Shown here: positions 11,815 through 24,500 of the stretch, piece by piece
How positions within the stretch are numbered: the first letter of the stretch is position 1
Layout: each line of letters opens with the position of its first letter
NCBI RefSeq assembly: GCF_006345805.1
Contig: NW_021833816.1
Location: 1 to 53,415 of the forward strand
DNA length: 53,415 bases
DNA from: Octopus sinensis
Lineage: Eukaryota
Reading direction: 5' to 3'
Made by a program: the position numbers and the translations under genes
The notes under the pieces: generated by a model
The model's database searches: none
What the model saw: the letters and a program-made list of their open reading frames with translations, nothing else
What the model was told of the DNA's origin: nothing

Positions 11815-13894
11815 GCATATTTTTGCCGCTTCATCTCCGGTTCCCTCCCCGATTTTGCTCGTTATATTTTCTTTTCCGCCAACCTTACTGCCCTCGGGAA
11901 AAAGGACAACGGCGTGAGGCCCATCGCCGTGGGCAATATTTTCCGGAGGCTCTCCGCTAAACTTCTGTGTCGAGCCATTGTTCCCTGCTTGTCCTCGAAG
12001 TTTCTGCCTGTCCAACTCGGGGTCGGCGTTCCTAACGGCTGCGAAGCTGCTGTCCACTCAATTCGTGACTTAACTGAATCATTGAGGAGTTTATTATGGT
12101 CAAATTGGACGTTTCCAACGCATTCAATTCCATCAGGCGGGACCACCTTCTGGAGTGCTGTCGTGAATTAGTCCCTTTCGCCTATCCCCTTGTGCATCTC
12201 TCTTATGCTTGCTCAAGTATCCTTATGTTCAACGATATACCTATTTATTCGGCCACCGGGGTCCAGCAGGGAGATCCCCTGGGTCCTGTCCTTTTTGCCT
12301 TGGGCGTTAACAGTATCGCTCACTTTGTTCGATCCCCAGTTAACATATGGTATCTGGATGACGCAACCATTTCCGGTCCCCCCGATGCTGTTTTTGACGA
12401 CCTTCGTGTTATCCTCCCTTCCCTCTCGGACATCGGCCTATCTATAAACGCCGATAAATCCAAAATCGTGAACATTGCCTTAAATCCGAGTGACTTCACT
12501 GCTTCAATTTCCACGTGCCGAGGCATTCTCTCAGACGTCCGGATTACGGACAAATCAAATCTTACGATCCTCGGTGCCCCCATGGGGCCTTCTGCCCTCG
12601 AATGCTCACTCGCTGGAAAAATTTCACACTTATCCAAAATGATCGACAAGCTTAAAGTCATCGAGCCTCATGTGGCTTTTTTCCTCCTCCGAAACCACTT
12701 TTCCGTCCCTAAGATCCTTTACACCCTAAGATGTGCACCCTGCTTTCAAAGAGGCGACCTTCTTTCCGACCTTGACAATATCCTCAGCCTCGGTACGAGC
12801 TCTCTTTGCAATCTGGCTTTCGACGATCCAGGCTGGACTCAGGCATCCCTGCCTGTGCGCTGGGGCGGCCTTGGCTTGAGATCCTATTCCGATCTTGCCC
12901 TCCCGCATTCCTATCCGCTCATCACGCTTCTCGTACTCTCTCAGACATCGTTCTTAGAAACCTCCCCGAACGGAAATTGTCCGAAGTTTACTCTGCAGCC
13001 CGAGGTCGGTGGGAGGCTCGGTTTGGTTCGAAGCTGCCCAACTCTCAATCTGTACAGCGTCAATGGGACGAAATCTCTTGTCAGGCAATCTTCGAAGGCC
13101 TGCTTCCTGTCTCCAATCAACACCGTGTCGCTTGCCTCCGTGCAGGTCGCTGTGAAGGCAGCGGTGTCTGGTTAAAGGCTCTCCCTCTCCCTTCCATCGG
13201 GAACCTGTTGGACAAGGAATGCCTAAGAATTGCAATCTCCCTCCGTGTCGGGCTGAAAATCTGCCAGACGCACAAATGCCGTTGTGGGGGAACTGTTGAC
13301 GAGTACGGTTTGCATCCCCTCGCTTGCCGGCGGAGTGCAGGTTGTGCCCCCCGTCACAGTGAACTCAACTCAGTCATACAGAGAGCCCTCGCTTCAGCAG
13401 GCATCCCGTCAATCCTTGAACCTGTTGGATTGGATAGAGGGGATGGCAAACGCCCTGACGGCATGTCCACCTTCCCCTACGAGCAGGGGAAATCCCTTAT
13501 TTGGGATTCTACCTGCTCGGACACGTTCTCGCTGGGAAATCTCGCTCTGTCCGCCGCCAATCCTGGGCACGCTTCCAGCCAGGCCGAGGAGCGAAAGATT
13601 CTCAAGTACGGCCACCTCTCCAACTCGCTGCTCTTTACTCCAATTGCCGTGGAGTCCTCCGGGATCTTCGGTCCCAAGACACTCCGCTTCCTTCGCTCGC
13701 TCGGTCGACGGATTTCAAGGACTAGTCACGATCCAAGAGAGTATTCTTGGCTCCTGGAACGTCTGTCGATTGCTGTGATCCGAGGGAACGGCTTCGCCAT
13801 TCGCGAGGCTGGTCGGGTGTCTCGTGAGGCCTTTAATTAACTTAGCTATCTTTAATTTCTTTCTTGCTTTCAGAACATAAAAAAAAATAAAAAA
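11815..13894 (+). mobile_element. 5'-truncated CRE-like non-LTR retrotransposon (RT + zinc knuckle + RLE), two frameshifts
   Basis: RPIAVG, QLGVG..GCEAAVH, LDVSNAFNSI, GVQQGDPLGP, WYLDD, CRCG..H..C..RH, GKRPDG..WD.TC, RGNG. A-rich tail at 13879-13894. Confidence 0.92.
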
Positions 13895-13949
13895 TTTTGG
13901 ACAAATAATCCCATTTGTATTGATTGGTTACGACATGTGAATAATGCCA

Positions 13950-14150
13950 TTAACGGGTCAGGAATCGCTGCAGTTGATCGGATGACTTATTTGGGTGTGC
14001 TGTTCAACCCGTCCGGTAAGTTTGATGATCACATTGCACGTACGAAAATGCATGCAATGCAGCGACTAGGCACGTTGCGTGCTTTCCGCCTGCGAAGAAG
14101 TGCCTGGCTACGCGTGTTTAACGCCATGGTGTTACCCGTGTTGACCTATG
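13950..14150 (+). mobile_element. LINE RT thumb fragment
   Basis: YLGVLFNPSGKFDDHI..LRVFNAMVLPVLTYG. Confidence 0.65.
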
Positions 14151-14230
14151 GCAGGGATGGCAAAACACTGGCACTTTATTATTATTATTATTAGAACCAA
14201 GATCACCGTCCAAAACATAAAACTAATTAA

Positions 14231-14380
14231 TCAGGTGATCCCGGCTTCTCTGAGGAGGGTCCTCAACTTTGCCCGGTGCTCCTCCTTTGTCCCGGCACAA
14301 TTTCTGTGAGGGCGCGGTGGTGGTGTTTTAGGCCCTGTAGCCCCGAGGTTTCTTTTCTGGCACATTTTGAATTTCTTTTT
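14231..14380 (-). mobile_element. 3' fragment of LINE family B (same family as 48130-49558)
   Basis: Nucleotide similarity to ~48150-48225 (ACAGGGCCTAAAACACCACC..GCGCCCTCACAGAAATTGTG). Confidence 0.65.
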
Positions 14381-14515
14381 TAAATTATTAAAATATGATA
14401 GGATATTAATTCTTTTATTTAATTTTAACACTTTGTTTTATTCAAATGATATTATAATAATTTTTAATAAAGTTAACCCTCCTATAGTTTAACACGCTAC
14501 ACGTTACATTATTAA

Positions 14516-14800
14516 ATGTCAGTTCTTAAGCATACTGTTAGTAAAAAATCAAAGCAAGCTAAATCAAATAGCAGAGGATTTCAAAATTCATAGATTAAAG
14601 AATATGGATTGCTGAACAGAGGTTAATATTTTATTTTTAGGAGACAAAGCTTTATGTGTGTTATGCTCCGGCCAAATTGCTTGCCGAACTTCTGTAAAAC
14701 GCTATTTTCAAACTATTAACAAATCATTATCTGAGAAAATTAAAGATGAACAAAGAGAAACAATTGCATCTCAGTTAAAAAAACTCTCAACAATCCTAAT
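14516..14800 (+). mobile_element. hAT (GTF2IRD2/SPIN-like) transposase N-terminal zinc-finger remnant
   Basis: RGFQNS*IKEYG..KALCVLCSGQIACRTSVKRYFQT. Confidence 0.65.
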
Positions 14801-14808
14801 CACTCAGA

Positions 14809-14924
14809 ACAGAAATAAATCCATCAACGATCAGGAAATTAGGAGTACGCTAAGCGTGTTTAGACAAACAAGAATGCCTATAGCGTACTCCTAATTTCCG
14901 GATCGTTGATGGATTTATTTCTGT
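14809..14924. repeat. Near-perfect hairpin: 44-bp arms (1 mismatch), 28-nt spacer
   Basis: 14809-14852 versus reverse complement of 14881-14924. Confidence 0.95.
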
Positions 14925-15739
14925 AGTCGAATATTTATCATCTCGAGAGGAACGGAAGACTAGGGAAGGTTTATTTGGCAAATTTTCCGACAATTGCCTC
15001 ATTTTAATATTATCGAATATTTAATGATTGCCTTGTGCCTGATGAGAATTTGTTAGTTTCTTTATGTCATCTTCACTATTTAAATCTCAAATCTCTTTTA
15101 TTCACAATTTGTAATTTATTTCTTTTTTGGTCAAAATATTGGAGACTGCACTAAATACCCTTTCAACTATATGTTCATGCAGCAGGAAATGGAACGCTGA
15201 TGGAATTTCGAGCACTATTATTACAAAATCTGTTAGAATATTCTATGACAAATCTAACTCGTGAGAAAATACGGAATTTTTACAGAAATGCAGAAAAAAT
15301 CATTGCAAATTGTTCGATTGGGATTCCACAATACTGTAAAACTTTTTGGCCGAGAACATTTTTGGCCCTTGAAAATATCTTGATCATTATCCGACATTTA
15401 ATTTTATATATTCGATTTTTATCGGTATTTATCCTATTAGATTAGTTTTTTATTTATAAATGTTATCATGGCAAACCTTAATTTCTAGCGTGATATTTAG
15501 CATGAATGATTATTTTGTTGCAATGGCTTCTTACAAGGGTTTTGTAAAAAAACTGCGTTGAATATCAAATTTTAAAAAGATTCTTTACTTGATAAATTTC
15601 TCCAAAAATCTTCAGAGGCTCAGAAAATGTGGACTTATAAAGAAAATGGAGAATTTCACCAATATCAATGATAGATACTGTGAATTTTCATTAAGTTTAG
15701 ACTTTATGTTAAATCAAGTAATCCCAAGGTAGTCATATC

Positions 15740-15960
15740 ACTTGATTATGAAACCGAAATCGAGCTTGTGGCAAAATCATTATAGGAGTTTTCACATGGA
15801 GAAGTAAATCAAACCGAATATGAATGTCGACAAAGATATTTCAGTCAAGAATGACATTATCAGAAAATTTATTCGAAATTGTGAAGTTTGCAAATTTTCG
15901 CGACTTTTAAAAGTTGACCAGACTAAAAAAATAGTTACCAAATTTTACTCTTTACCAGAA
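15740..15960 (+). mobile_element. Integrase HHCC zinc-binding remnant (KRBA2/SCAND3/Ginger-like)
   Basis: SHGEVNQTEYECRQRYF (frameshift) VKNDIIRKFIRNCEVCK. Confidence 0.6.
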
Positions 15961-15979
15961 TTTATAAAGAGCCTGGAAG

Positions 15980-16078
15980 TCAGCTCAAAGTCGCCGCAGT
16001 GCGTATCGAGTGGCAGTTTCCGCGGAGCACCGCGACCGAGATTCGCTGGAAGAGCCAGCTGGTCTCCCTCCGGTCGTT
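15980..16078 (-). mobile_element. CRE-like element, C-terminal fragment
   Basis: DRRETSWLFQRISVAVLRGNCHSI. Confidence 0.75.
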
Positions 16079-16836
16079 TCCATCAATTAAATTAATTGAA
16101 GTTAATCTTAATTCAATCGGCGGCCAGACATTTATAATGACCACGCACCAGTCCACCTTGTACATATGTACTTGCAGATGTTTTCCGCACAGCCTGTGGC
16201 AATACTCACACCGATCACGGTCAAATTTAAGTTCCCGAAAATAATTCTTTACGAATGCTGTATTCCAATCTTTCTCATCAAAATTCGTCATTATCACAAG
16301 AAGAAGCTAGTAAATATTTTATTTAGTCTTTTAAATTTTTAATAGAATATAATAAAAATTAATATAATAAATAAATTTATTGTAAATTCTAATACAGTTC
16401 TAATTTTGTTAATTTCTATTAAACATGTTAATTTCGTCTGTCCTACAATTGCTGGATTTTTAGCATACATCTGGCCGCTCTACAACGACAAATCTGTCTC
16501 TTAAGTTATGAGTATAGAATGAAAACACATCCTTCTTTTGATATACTAAAGGCCTTGGATTCTTTTTCAAAATAGAAACTTTGACAGTGGTTTTTGCTTA
16601 TTTGTTGTCTGTGTTCCCGTCCCAGATCACTTAATTTAGTCCAAATAGAAGATCTAAGAAAATAGTCCTACTCCATATACGTTAGAATTTTATCAAAAAA
16701 TAAATTCGTTGGGACCATTAAATTTGTCTTGGAATGTGCTGGATTACATTTATCTATCACATTAACTGGCCTTTCAATAGATCAACCCAACAATAATTTA
16801 TATATTTTACATTTAGACCGATATATATTAATTATT

Positions 16837-17290
16837 AACATCGGGAAGGCCTCGGAAAACGTCCAGCACTCCTCCTGCACGATAAAGGATGCAGACCGAA
16901 AGGGTCAACAGTGCAGCCACAACGACACGTGTGCGGAACACATTGCCTGAGTCCGAGGCGCAGAAAGATTCCGATCCTTACCGATTCATCGTCAAGGGGA
17001 GTGCCAGATGTTCGGGAATGCACAAAGCCAAGCTCCACTAGCCGGGGATGCTGCCGAAAGAAGACCGACCAGCAGATTGAAGGTTTGCTTGCATCTAATT
17101 CGATCCCAGGCTTGTTGAGACATTCGATTTTTGGAAAGTCAAGACCTTGTCTGACTTGGCTGAAATGAGTCACATCCAAGGAGCGTAGAATTTCCATGAC
17201 AAGTGTGTGGCTCGAGGAGACGGATGAGACAAAAGCAGGGAACGAAAGTCGGAACATGAGCGGATGCTGAGCCCCGCAAAAGATAACGGG
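16837..17290 (-). mobile_element. CRE-like element fragment (thumb to CCHC knuckle)
   Basis: [49 protein letters not shown]. Confidence 0.85.
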
Positions 17291-17593
17291 AGGGTTTACA
17301 TTTTATTTACCTAAATGTGATATATTATGGAATTCTTGTTGTGCGTGCATGTTCGTTTCGACTGAGCTCCGTGAAACGTTACCTGAGGGCCTACCTACGA
17401 ATCAATTGAAAAGAAAAGCCAGTGAGAACGTAGATGAAGTGACCCAAGGACAGCCCAATGCCAAAGAATTTGCCTTATCTTACAACCCTTCTCCCCAAGT
17501 AGGCCACGAAGGCCTGCTTACCTTGCAAGCAGTAATCGATCAAGTCACAAGTTCCGACAAGATTCAGTGGGCCACAGAAGTGGAAAAGGTTTT

Positions 17594-18411
17594 ATGATGC
17601 TCAGTACTACCCGTTCTGTTATTTTTAAACTACTGAAATCAAAGGGATAGGTCGAAAAGAAGAAGGGGCAGAGGTATCTCGATTTGGTTTTGGAATAGGG
17701 ATGATGGTAGATTTTTTCCAAAGCATAGGAACCAAACCATGGTTGATCGAGTATTCGATTAAATTGGTTTTTAGATGGTGGATTTGGACCCAGATTTGGA
17801 CCAGAAAGCCATTTGGACCCAGATTTTTTAGATGGTGGATGACAAGACCATCCGGACCTCTGGCGTAAGAATTTCGCGAGTTAACAACAAGCTGCTTGGT
17901 AAGTGATTCTGGGATGTTAATAAAGTGTGTAGAATTGACATTGGAATTATATGAGATTTTCTTATGAAACAGAGATGTTTGGGGTAGGAATAGTTTAGGC
18001 TCTAAGTTGAACTAATGTAGGAAGGTGACTAATTTTTGCATAATGACGAATTAAGATGTTAGCTTGATCCCGAAAGGATAGGAAAGATTTTTTGGACGAG
18101 ATGCCGGTGGCATGTGAGAGAGGGCATGTTTGCCTTGTGTGAATTTTCTTGAGAGATCTCCAGAAAACACGGGATCCAGTATGTGGGGATATAGATGTGA
18201 AAAAATCATTTCATTTTTCAGTTTTTTGATTAGTTCGTCGATTTGTTTATTAATTTCTGCTAGATATTCCGCATTTCCATTTATAGATGTCGTCGATTTG
18301 AGCCTCCTTCGTTTTTTGAATAGTTCAATGATCGGGGGAGGATAATGGAGGCCGTGATTTTTGATGAACCCGCAGGGAATAAATTTTTTGTCCGCAGAAA
18401 GAAGTGTATTA
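17594..18411 (-). mobile_element. LINE family C: linker and RT N-terminus (3' piece, split from 20031-20930)
   Basis: LSADKKFIPCG..ARGPDGL..WKKSTIIPIPKPNRDTSAPSSFRPIPL. Confidence 0.8.
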
Positions 18412-18750
18412 TGTCGCGAGCGCAGCGAGCACGCGAGCGCGACGCGCACATTTAATTATATTTAAAATGGACTTAGTTTTTTTTCAAAAAGAAAAAAAGC
18501 CATCGAAGCGCTGATTTTTACGGGCGCTGGAGTCCGAAAGATTTGGAAAGGTAACAAAATATTTATGTCACACAAAATATGTAAAAACTTGTTTTATAAA
18601 GTTTTCTTTAAATTTTATAAATTAAAAAAATACACTGCCAAATAAATTTAATGGAAATTCTGATAATTTGATAAATATTTTAAATGATAGAAAATTTCGG
18701 AAAATCGTTAAAATAGCTTGACATGTATGAGTATATGGCTGACGTCTATA

Positions 18751-18972
18751 AATCCAATAGTTTATCTAATCACCGAATAGTTAGACAAAAATAATAGACA
18801 TGTTTTATTTTTTAAATACAAAAAAATTTTTAGCCAACAAAAAAATCATATAATCTTTTTAATCCAATAGTTTATCTAATCACCGAATAGTTAGAAAAAA
18901 ATAATTAGACATGTTTTTATTTTTTAAATACAAAAAAATTTTTAGCCAACAAAAAAATCATATAATCTTTTT
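18751..18972. repeat. Tandem duplication, 2 x ~110 bp
   Basis: Units start AATCCAATAGTTTATCTAATCACCG at 18751 and 18861 and differ mainly in homopolymer length. Confidence 0.9.
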
Positions 18973-19270
18973 AAGTCTTTTGAGTGTATCTTTTTATGCA
19001 TTCCTTCCCTGGTGCATATCATGACAAAATTATTAGATAACTTTTCAATGATTTTTACAGGTGAAGAATATGGGCTCTCAAATTTTCTAATCTGAGAGAT
19101 GGATTTGTCCCATAATCTTTTTGAATTCTTGCCTTTGAAATAACAAAAAATAACGTATACAGTATCCTGCTTTCAATCGTACTTAGAACGATGAACACCC
19201 ATTCTTGTGTCATTCGTTTGAAATAACGCGAGTCCAAATTAACCGGAACAAAATTAAAATCGAATGATTT

Positions 19271-19642
19271 TTCTGGCTCTTCATTAGTAGTTACAACATC
19301 TAAATATTTTCTATCTTGAATCAAACTATCGTCTTCGTTGTCATCACTTGAGCATCATGGACAACGGATTAAAACAAAATATCCATGATATCGCACATCT
19401 ATATTATAGTTTTTATTTATAGCACCTGTCGAAGAATGCGTTTTTAAAATCATTGTGCCGACTTCTGGCTCATCATTAGTAGTTATAAAATCTAAAAAAA
19501 ATTTTTAAATTAAACTATCGTCTCTGTTGTCATCAACTTGTGCATCATAGACAATTGGATTAAAACCAGGTATTCCACGATATCGCATAAATGGTGTTTC
19601 ATCTATATTATAGTTTTTATTTATAGCACCTGTCGAAGAATG
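19271..19642. repeat. Diverged tandem duplication (~190 bp period) inside the integrase 3' region
   Basis: 19271-19438 versus 19463-19642 (TTCTGGCTC..ATTAGTAG..AAACTATCGTC..TATAGCACCTGTCGAAGAATG). Confidence 0.8.
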
Positions 19643-20030
19643 TTTTGTCAGATTATACACATAAACCGCTTTCCTGATATGCTTAATCCAAGTTTGGTTC
19701 TGGTCTTCAAACATCATTTTTGACAAGATCTCGAAATTGTCTGATTAAACCGTTCTAAAAAATCTCGAAATCGTCTGACTAAACCTATAATCCTGACTTT
19801 TAGGGTGATTAGGTCGTCCATGGATTTGTTTAACGTTATATTCCGCAAAAAGATTCGAAATGTGGGAATTTTTAAATTCCTTTCCATTGTCGGACTGAAA
19901 AAATCACAAGGGTCGTAGTCCATAAAAATTTCTTCAAGATTTTTCGCTACTTCTACACCTGATTTGTTTTTTAAATTGCGTGTAATAGCATATTTGCTAT
20001 ATACATCAATGACTGTTAATAGCCACCTGA

Positions 20031-20930
20031 ATATACACTCAGTGTCATTCCTGAAGGAGTCCCAATTCCCACGTTTGTAGTTAATGTAGGTCTTCATAAT
20101 TCTCTTCTTTACAGGGTGATGATTTATTTTAATTAGAATAGGATTGTGATCCGGTAGGTCGTACACCACTGTCCATTTGGTGTCGAGTGCAATGTTTGGA
20201 GAACATAATGTCAGGAGAAGTGTTTAAATCTCCAGGACGCATTGCACAGCGGGTGTGCAGAAGAGGATTGTTTAGAGTGATCTATTCTTCCGCATCAGTT
20301 ATAATTTGTTGGCCTCGTTTATCGGTTTTGTTTGTGGATAGCCAAAGAGGGCGTTGAAGTCGCCACAAAGAATACAGTTTCAAGTGAAAAAAGAGGCAGT
20401 AAGCTCGGAGTATAATTAGGATCACATGACGAAATCGGGGGGATATATAAGTCGTCGAGAATAGTGGAATATCCCTTTTCACAGGTGGGAAAGACCTCTA
20501 GTCGTGCTACAACGCCGAAGGTAATTCTACCCCCGGCGCGAGCGGTCTTCTTCGTCTGCGGATCCATCTCCGAAGACGAATTGCAAGTACCTAAATTGTT
20601 AGAAATTGGACGGCAAGCGACACGTTTAGGTTTCCCAACGGTACGCCAGCCGTCCTCATGGGCTACCTGAGTAGGTTTCTATCACATCACTTTTTTTTCG
20701 CGATTGCTTAGCAGCACTTTTTTCTGCTTCAAGATTGTCATTTTTGCGCATCACAAGAAAAACGAGCATGCTTGCACGCTACAATTCAATTCTCAGTAAG
20801 TTTGGTCTCACTATTCTTCACGCTATATCAATAGAGTTCGTGTGAAGAAAGTAGCGTAGGTCATTGCATTTCTTAGAGATCCCGTTAATGTTTAGTTGAA
20901 GGAGGATGGTTAGTGTTCTAATAGATTCAG
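20031..20930 (-). mobile_element. LINE family C: APE endonuclease domain
   Basis: LQLNINGISKK, ETKL, LYIPP, DLPDHNPILI, INYKRGNWDSF. Confidence 0.8.
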
Positions 20931-21229
20931 GTTTTGCTCCACATCTCCACACCGAATCAACAACAGAGTCAGGGAACGTAAGCTTGACGCTCGTATAGCC
21001 ACTACCAACCAAACCGTTGACATGTTGGTTGGCAAGGAAAAGGTTGGTTCTGTTTGTTACTGAAGGAGAATCAGCATCCAATCGTCTCCACGAGAAGGTG
21101 AACCACATGACGATCAAGGAAACACTAGAAAAAATCAAAGAAATCAAGGACCCCAAAAATTTAAAAAGCACACCCCCTTTTTTAAATCTAACAGATATTT
21201 GTATTAAAATGATCATTAAAAAATATTTA

Positions 21230-22700
21230 GGTTCCTTGAGATTTTTTTGCCTTTTAGTCTTATTAATTCTTCGAAACGCGGTTTTTTGTTTGCTAGTGCA
21301 ATTCTGAGATTGTTTTCAGGGCTAAGAGAGTTTCTGTTCTTATTTTTTATACATAATAGAGATGAAAATCCAGATTCACATAGCAAGTTGTTGCAAATGG
21401 AATCAGAACTTCCAGTGCTTTCTTTCCAAGTTTCGGAACCCTGCTTGCAAACCGCTCCAAAAAACTTCTAAAGTATTTGAGCCGTACAACATTTTCAGTG
21501 ATGTAGATGCTTGCAATTTAATCAAATCGTCTTTAACTTCGTTTCTATCATCCATCTTTTCCATTTGAAAACAAATGGATTAACGATCCAGGTATCAGAA
21601 TCTTCGATATTTCCGAGTAGAAAACATTCATCAAATGAATATTTTGAACATTCAAAATTGTTGTTAATTTGTTTAATAGTTTTATCAAAAGTCAAGTCGG
21701 AATCAATAGCAACTTTACCCAACGTTGGAAACTTGGCAAAATTATTGTCTTAAATACGGCGAGTCCATAACAAAAGTTAATTCCTGAAGGTATTTAGATT
21801 GTCAGAAGCATTAATAATGCTTATCCCTTTCCCTTCAATTGAAAGATTCAACTCGTTAAGGTGATTGAAGTTGTCAGCCAAATATGCCACCAAAATAACA
21901 AAATCAGGAGATTTGATAGAATCAAGTAGTTCAGAGTTTTTTCAAATAGAATTGCTTGATTTCAACTCTGAGAATATAAAATCTGTTAAAACACGACCTC
22001 TTGAATGCCATCTAAAGTCAGTATGATACAAAAGAACAGTGGTGTCAGCATCATAATCAATACATAATGCTTTGAACAATCTATGATTCAAAGCTCTTCC
22101 TCGAATAAAATTCACATTTTGACGCATGAATTTGAAACGGTATTTAACAGAACGAATATCCATAGCCATAGTCAAAGGCAATACTCTGGCTATCTACCAA
22201 TGACCAGTTTTCTTTAGTCTTTAACAAAAAAAATATTGTCAACTTAATAGGCAAGAACTTTGATACGAGTGTATGTCGATAAAGAATACAGTGAGTAACT
22301 TTTACATCTGGAACATGTTTTCTTAAAAGGGCTGCAAAGCCCGACCTGTTCCCCAGCATAACTGGAGCACCGTCCGTGCAAACTGATCCGATAAATTCCA
22401 ATGGAATATCATTTTCATTAAAAAAAGTCTCAGGTATATGGAAAACATTTTTTACAGAGGCTTCTTTTTCGAATTAACAAGAGTCTCGGCACTTCTTCGA
22501 TTTTGCAACTTCATATGCTACTTGGAATGATTCCAAATAGTAGCGGTTTGTCAATGGAGGTAAATTCATGCTTCGGAAGCGTTCCTTTAATATCGTATCT
22601 GACCCTTTTAGCCTTTAAACATTCGAAATCATTTCCTGAACGTTTTATTCCCCCGTGCTAACCAAAAAAATGCTTGTTCAGCTAAAATGGTTTCAAATTA
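21230..22700 (-). mobile_element. hAT Buster (ZBED5/ZBED8-like) transposase remnant
   Basis: VCTDGAPVMLG, THCILYRH, NFIRGRALNHRLF, LLYHTDFRWHSRG, AYLAD, CESGFSSL. Confidence 0.88.
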
Positions 22701-22794
22701 GAGTTAGAAAAGATTGCATCACAAATGATGCACTGGGGTCGATCGATTCCATCAATGATTATTTTCGTAAACCATAGTTAAAATAGTCAAGATC

Positions 22795-23030
22795 CCAATT
22801 AGTGAGACAAGATCCCAGTCATTCTATTAAAAAATTCTGGTGACGAAAAAGTTACCTTTCTATCAGCTATCTTCAACCATTCGATCTACAAAAATGTGTT
22901 ACCGTTATTATGGAAACACTAATAAGGCCGATAATGAAACCTGAAAGACCTAGAGACAACCCTGCATCTTTTAGACCGGTTTCCCTATTATGGTCCATGT
23001 CGAAAAATCCTGGAAAAGATGGTTCTTGGA
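22795..23030 (+). mobile_element. Jockey-like LINE RT N-terminal fragment
   Basis: FNHSI..LPLLWK..IRPIMKPERPRDNPASFRPVSLL. Confidence 0.7.
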
Positions 23031-23370
23031 AATATAAGCTAACATGGATCGGCTGAACGTCTTACTACCTGATAGGTGCCTGACAAAGTGCATCGGGATC
23101 ACGTGACTATTTGTCCGGTTTCTTTGTGTTTAAATAAATAATAAACACAGAGAATTCAGCACTCATGGATAACAGTCTGATAGCCAGAGGAAGAATTCCA
23201 AGAACAGTAGGGACCAGGATTACCTAGCCTAGTTAGCTTAACTTTCTCTCTCGTGGTCTTATGATTAAATAATAAAATGAAATAAAATTGATGATGATGA
23301 ATGAATTTCCATTCTCACGATATCATAATAACTATATTTGCAAACTTGCCGTCATTATTACCAATTACGA

Positions 23371-24026
23371 ATGTTTGATGAGGAGATGATTCAGAGTCAT
23401 ACAACTGCTATGGCCATCCGATATGCAGGAGGTGTTGTTGTGGCTGCAGACAGCCGAATAACTCTGCCGGGCCCTTTAAAGAAATGTATACTAGTTTTTT
23501 ACTCAATTTAGGCTTTGACACAGAAAAAAAATATTTCAGTTATCAATAAATTCAGTATTGACATACAGTGGATCAGTAAAAGTCGCGAAAAATCTTGTAG
23601 AACACATTAAAAATGTGTACACGTAATTATTTATATTTTCAACATTTAGAGATGCTTCAAGAGTGGATCACCTGACGATAGAACTGCGAATTCACAAGTT
23701 TTACAACATATAAAAATGGAATGCGAATATACTGTAAACTTAAGTTTTCTAATGTTTAGCGAGTCATTTTTGTGTTTTGACGGGACAATGGATTTTATTT
23801 CAATAATCGACCATGAAAAAATGTCATACAAAAATATCTACGATTGGTTCAAGATCTCGCCCGGCATTTAATCATGCAAAAAAAAGTTTCCATATACAAT
23901 TATTTTAGTTACCCGGGCGAACATTCCACAAAAGAAGATATAATTAAATTAGCAAATGGACCAATAAAACGCGCTGAAAAATCTGACAAAAAACGGGAGG
24001 ACCAATATTTAGTTAATGTTATCTAA
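23371..24026 (+). CDS. Highly divergent proteasome beta-type subunit (PSMB6/beta1-like N-terminus), four tiny introns, frameshifts
   Basis: TTAMAIRYAGGVVVAADSR (Thr1/Asp17 register), later IGSRSRPAF (GSG-like) and TKEDIIKLA..AEKSD. GT-AG introns at 23486-23511, 23623-23649, 23734-23759 and 23886-23908. At least one frameshift falls in an A8 run. Confidence 0.7.
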
Positions 24027-24239
24027 ATTATTAGTCGTCTCTCTTTCCATGAACGGCATCATTTTTTAAAGTTATCGATGATCCAAGTTTAGTTTAATGC
24101 AAAAAATTATTCATTTTTAGTAAAATGTAATTAAGCATTATTTAAATAATGTCGGCTTATTTACTCGTTGGATAGGTGCTTAAATAAGCGTCGGCTGTTA
24201 CTGATTGATATAAATTAAATGAATCACATTAGAAATATA

Positions 24240-24500
24240 TCGTGGCTGCTGGACTAGAGAAAAATGTGGAAAAGTCAGGTGGGTTTTGTGCGGACTCCTT
24301 ATGGAGACAGAGACTGTTCGGTATTGGGAGGGGCATCCGACAAGGCTGTATTCTATCCCCGGTACTGTTTAATATTTACACGGAGAAAGTCATGGAGGAG
24401 TTAAATTGCGAAAATGATATCGGAATCAAGATTGGTAGCCTCAACATAAATAATCTCTGTTATGCAGACGATACTACTCTGAAACAGAGGATGGCTTGAG
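24240..24500 (+). mobile_element. RTE-clade RT fragment
   Basis: GIRQGCILSPVLFNIY..GIKIG..INNLCYADD. Confidence 0.8.

Larger units (their letters stand above)
18412..20030 (-). mobile_element. Ginger/KRBA2-like DDE integrase element nested in LINE C, one terminus retained
   Basis: WLLTVIDVYSKY..QSDNGKEF..HGRPNHP..ERFNQT..YNLTKHSST (rve core). The terminus begins TGTCGCGAGCG at 18412. Confidence 0.8.

Noticed and set aside
12190-13778. Many alternative-frame and antisense ORFs within CRE copies (also 38592-39889)
   Set aside because: Expected by-products of GC-rich TE coding sequence, with no recognisable motifs.
15980-16297. 105-aa ORF fusing a Cys/His segment to a CRE C-terminus as a new gene
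   Set aside because: Short, and consistent with a chance in-frame deletion junction.
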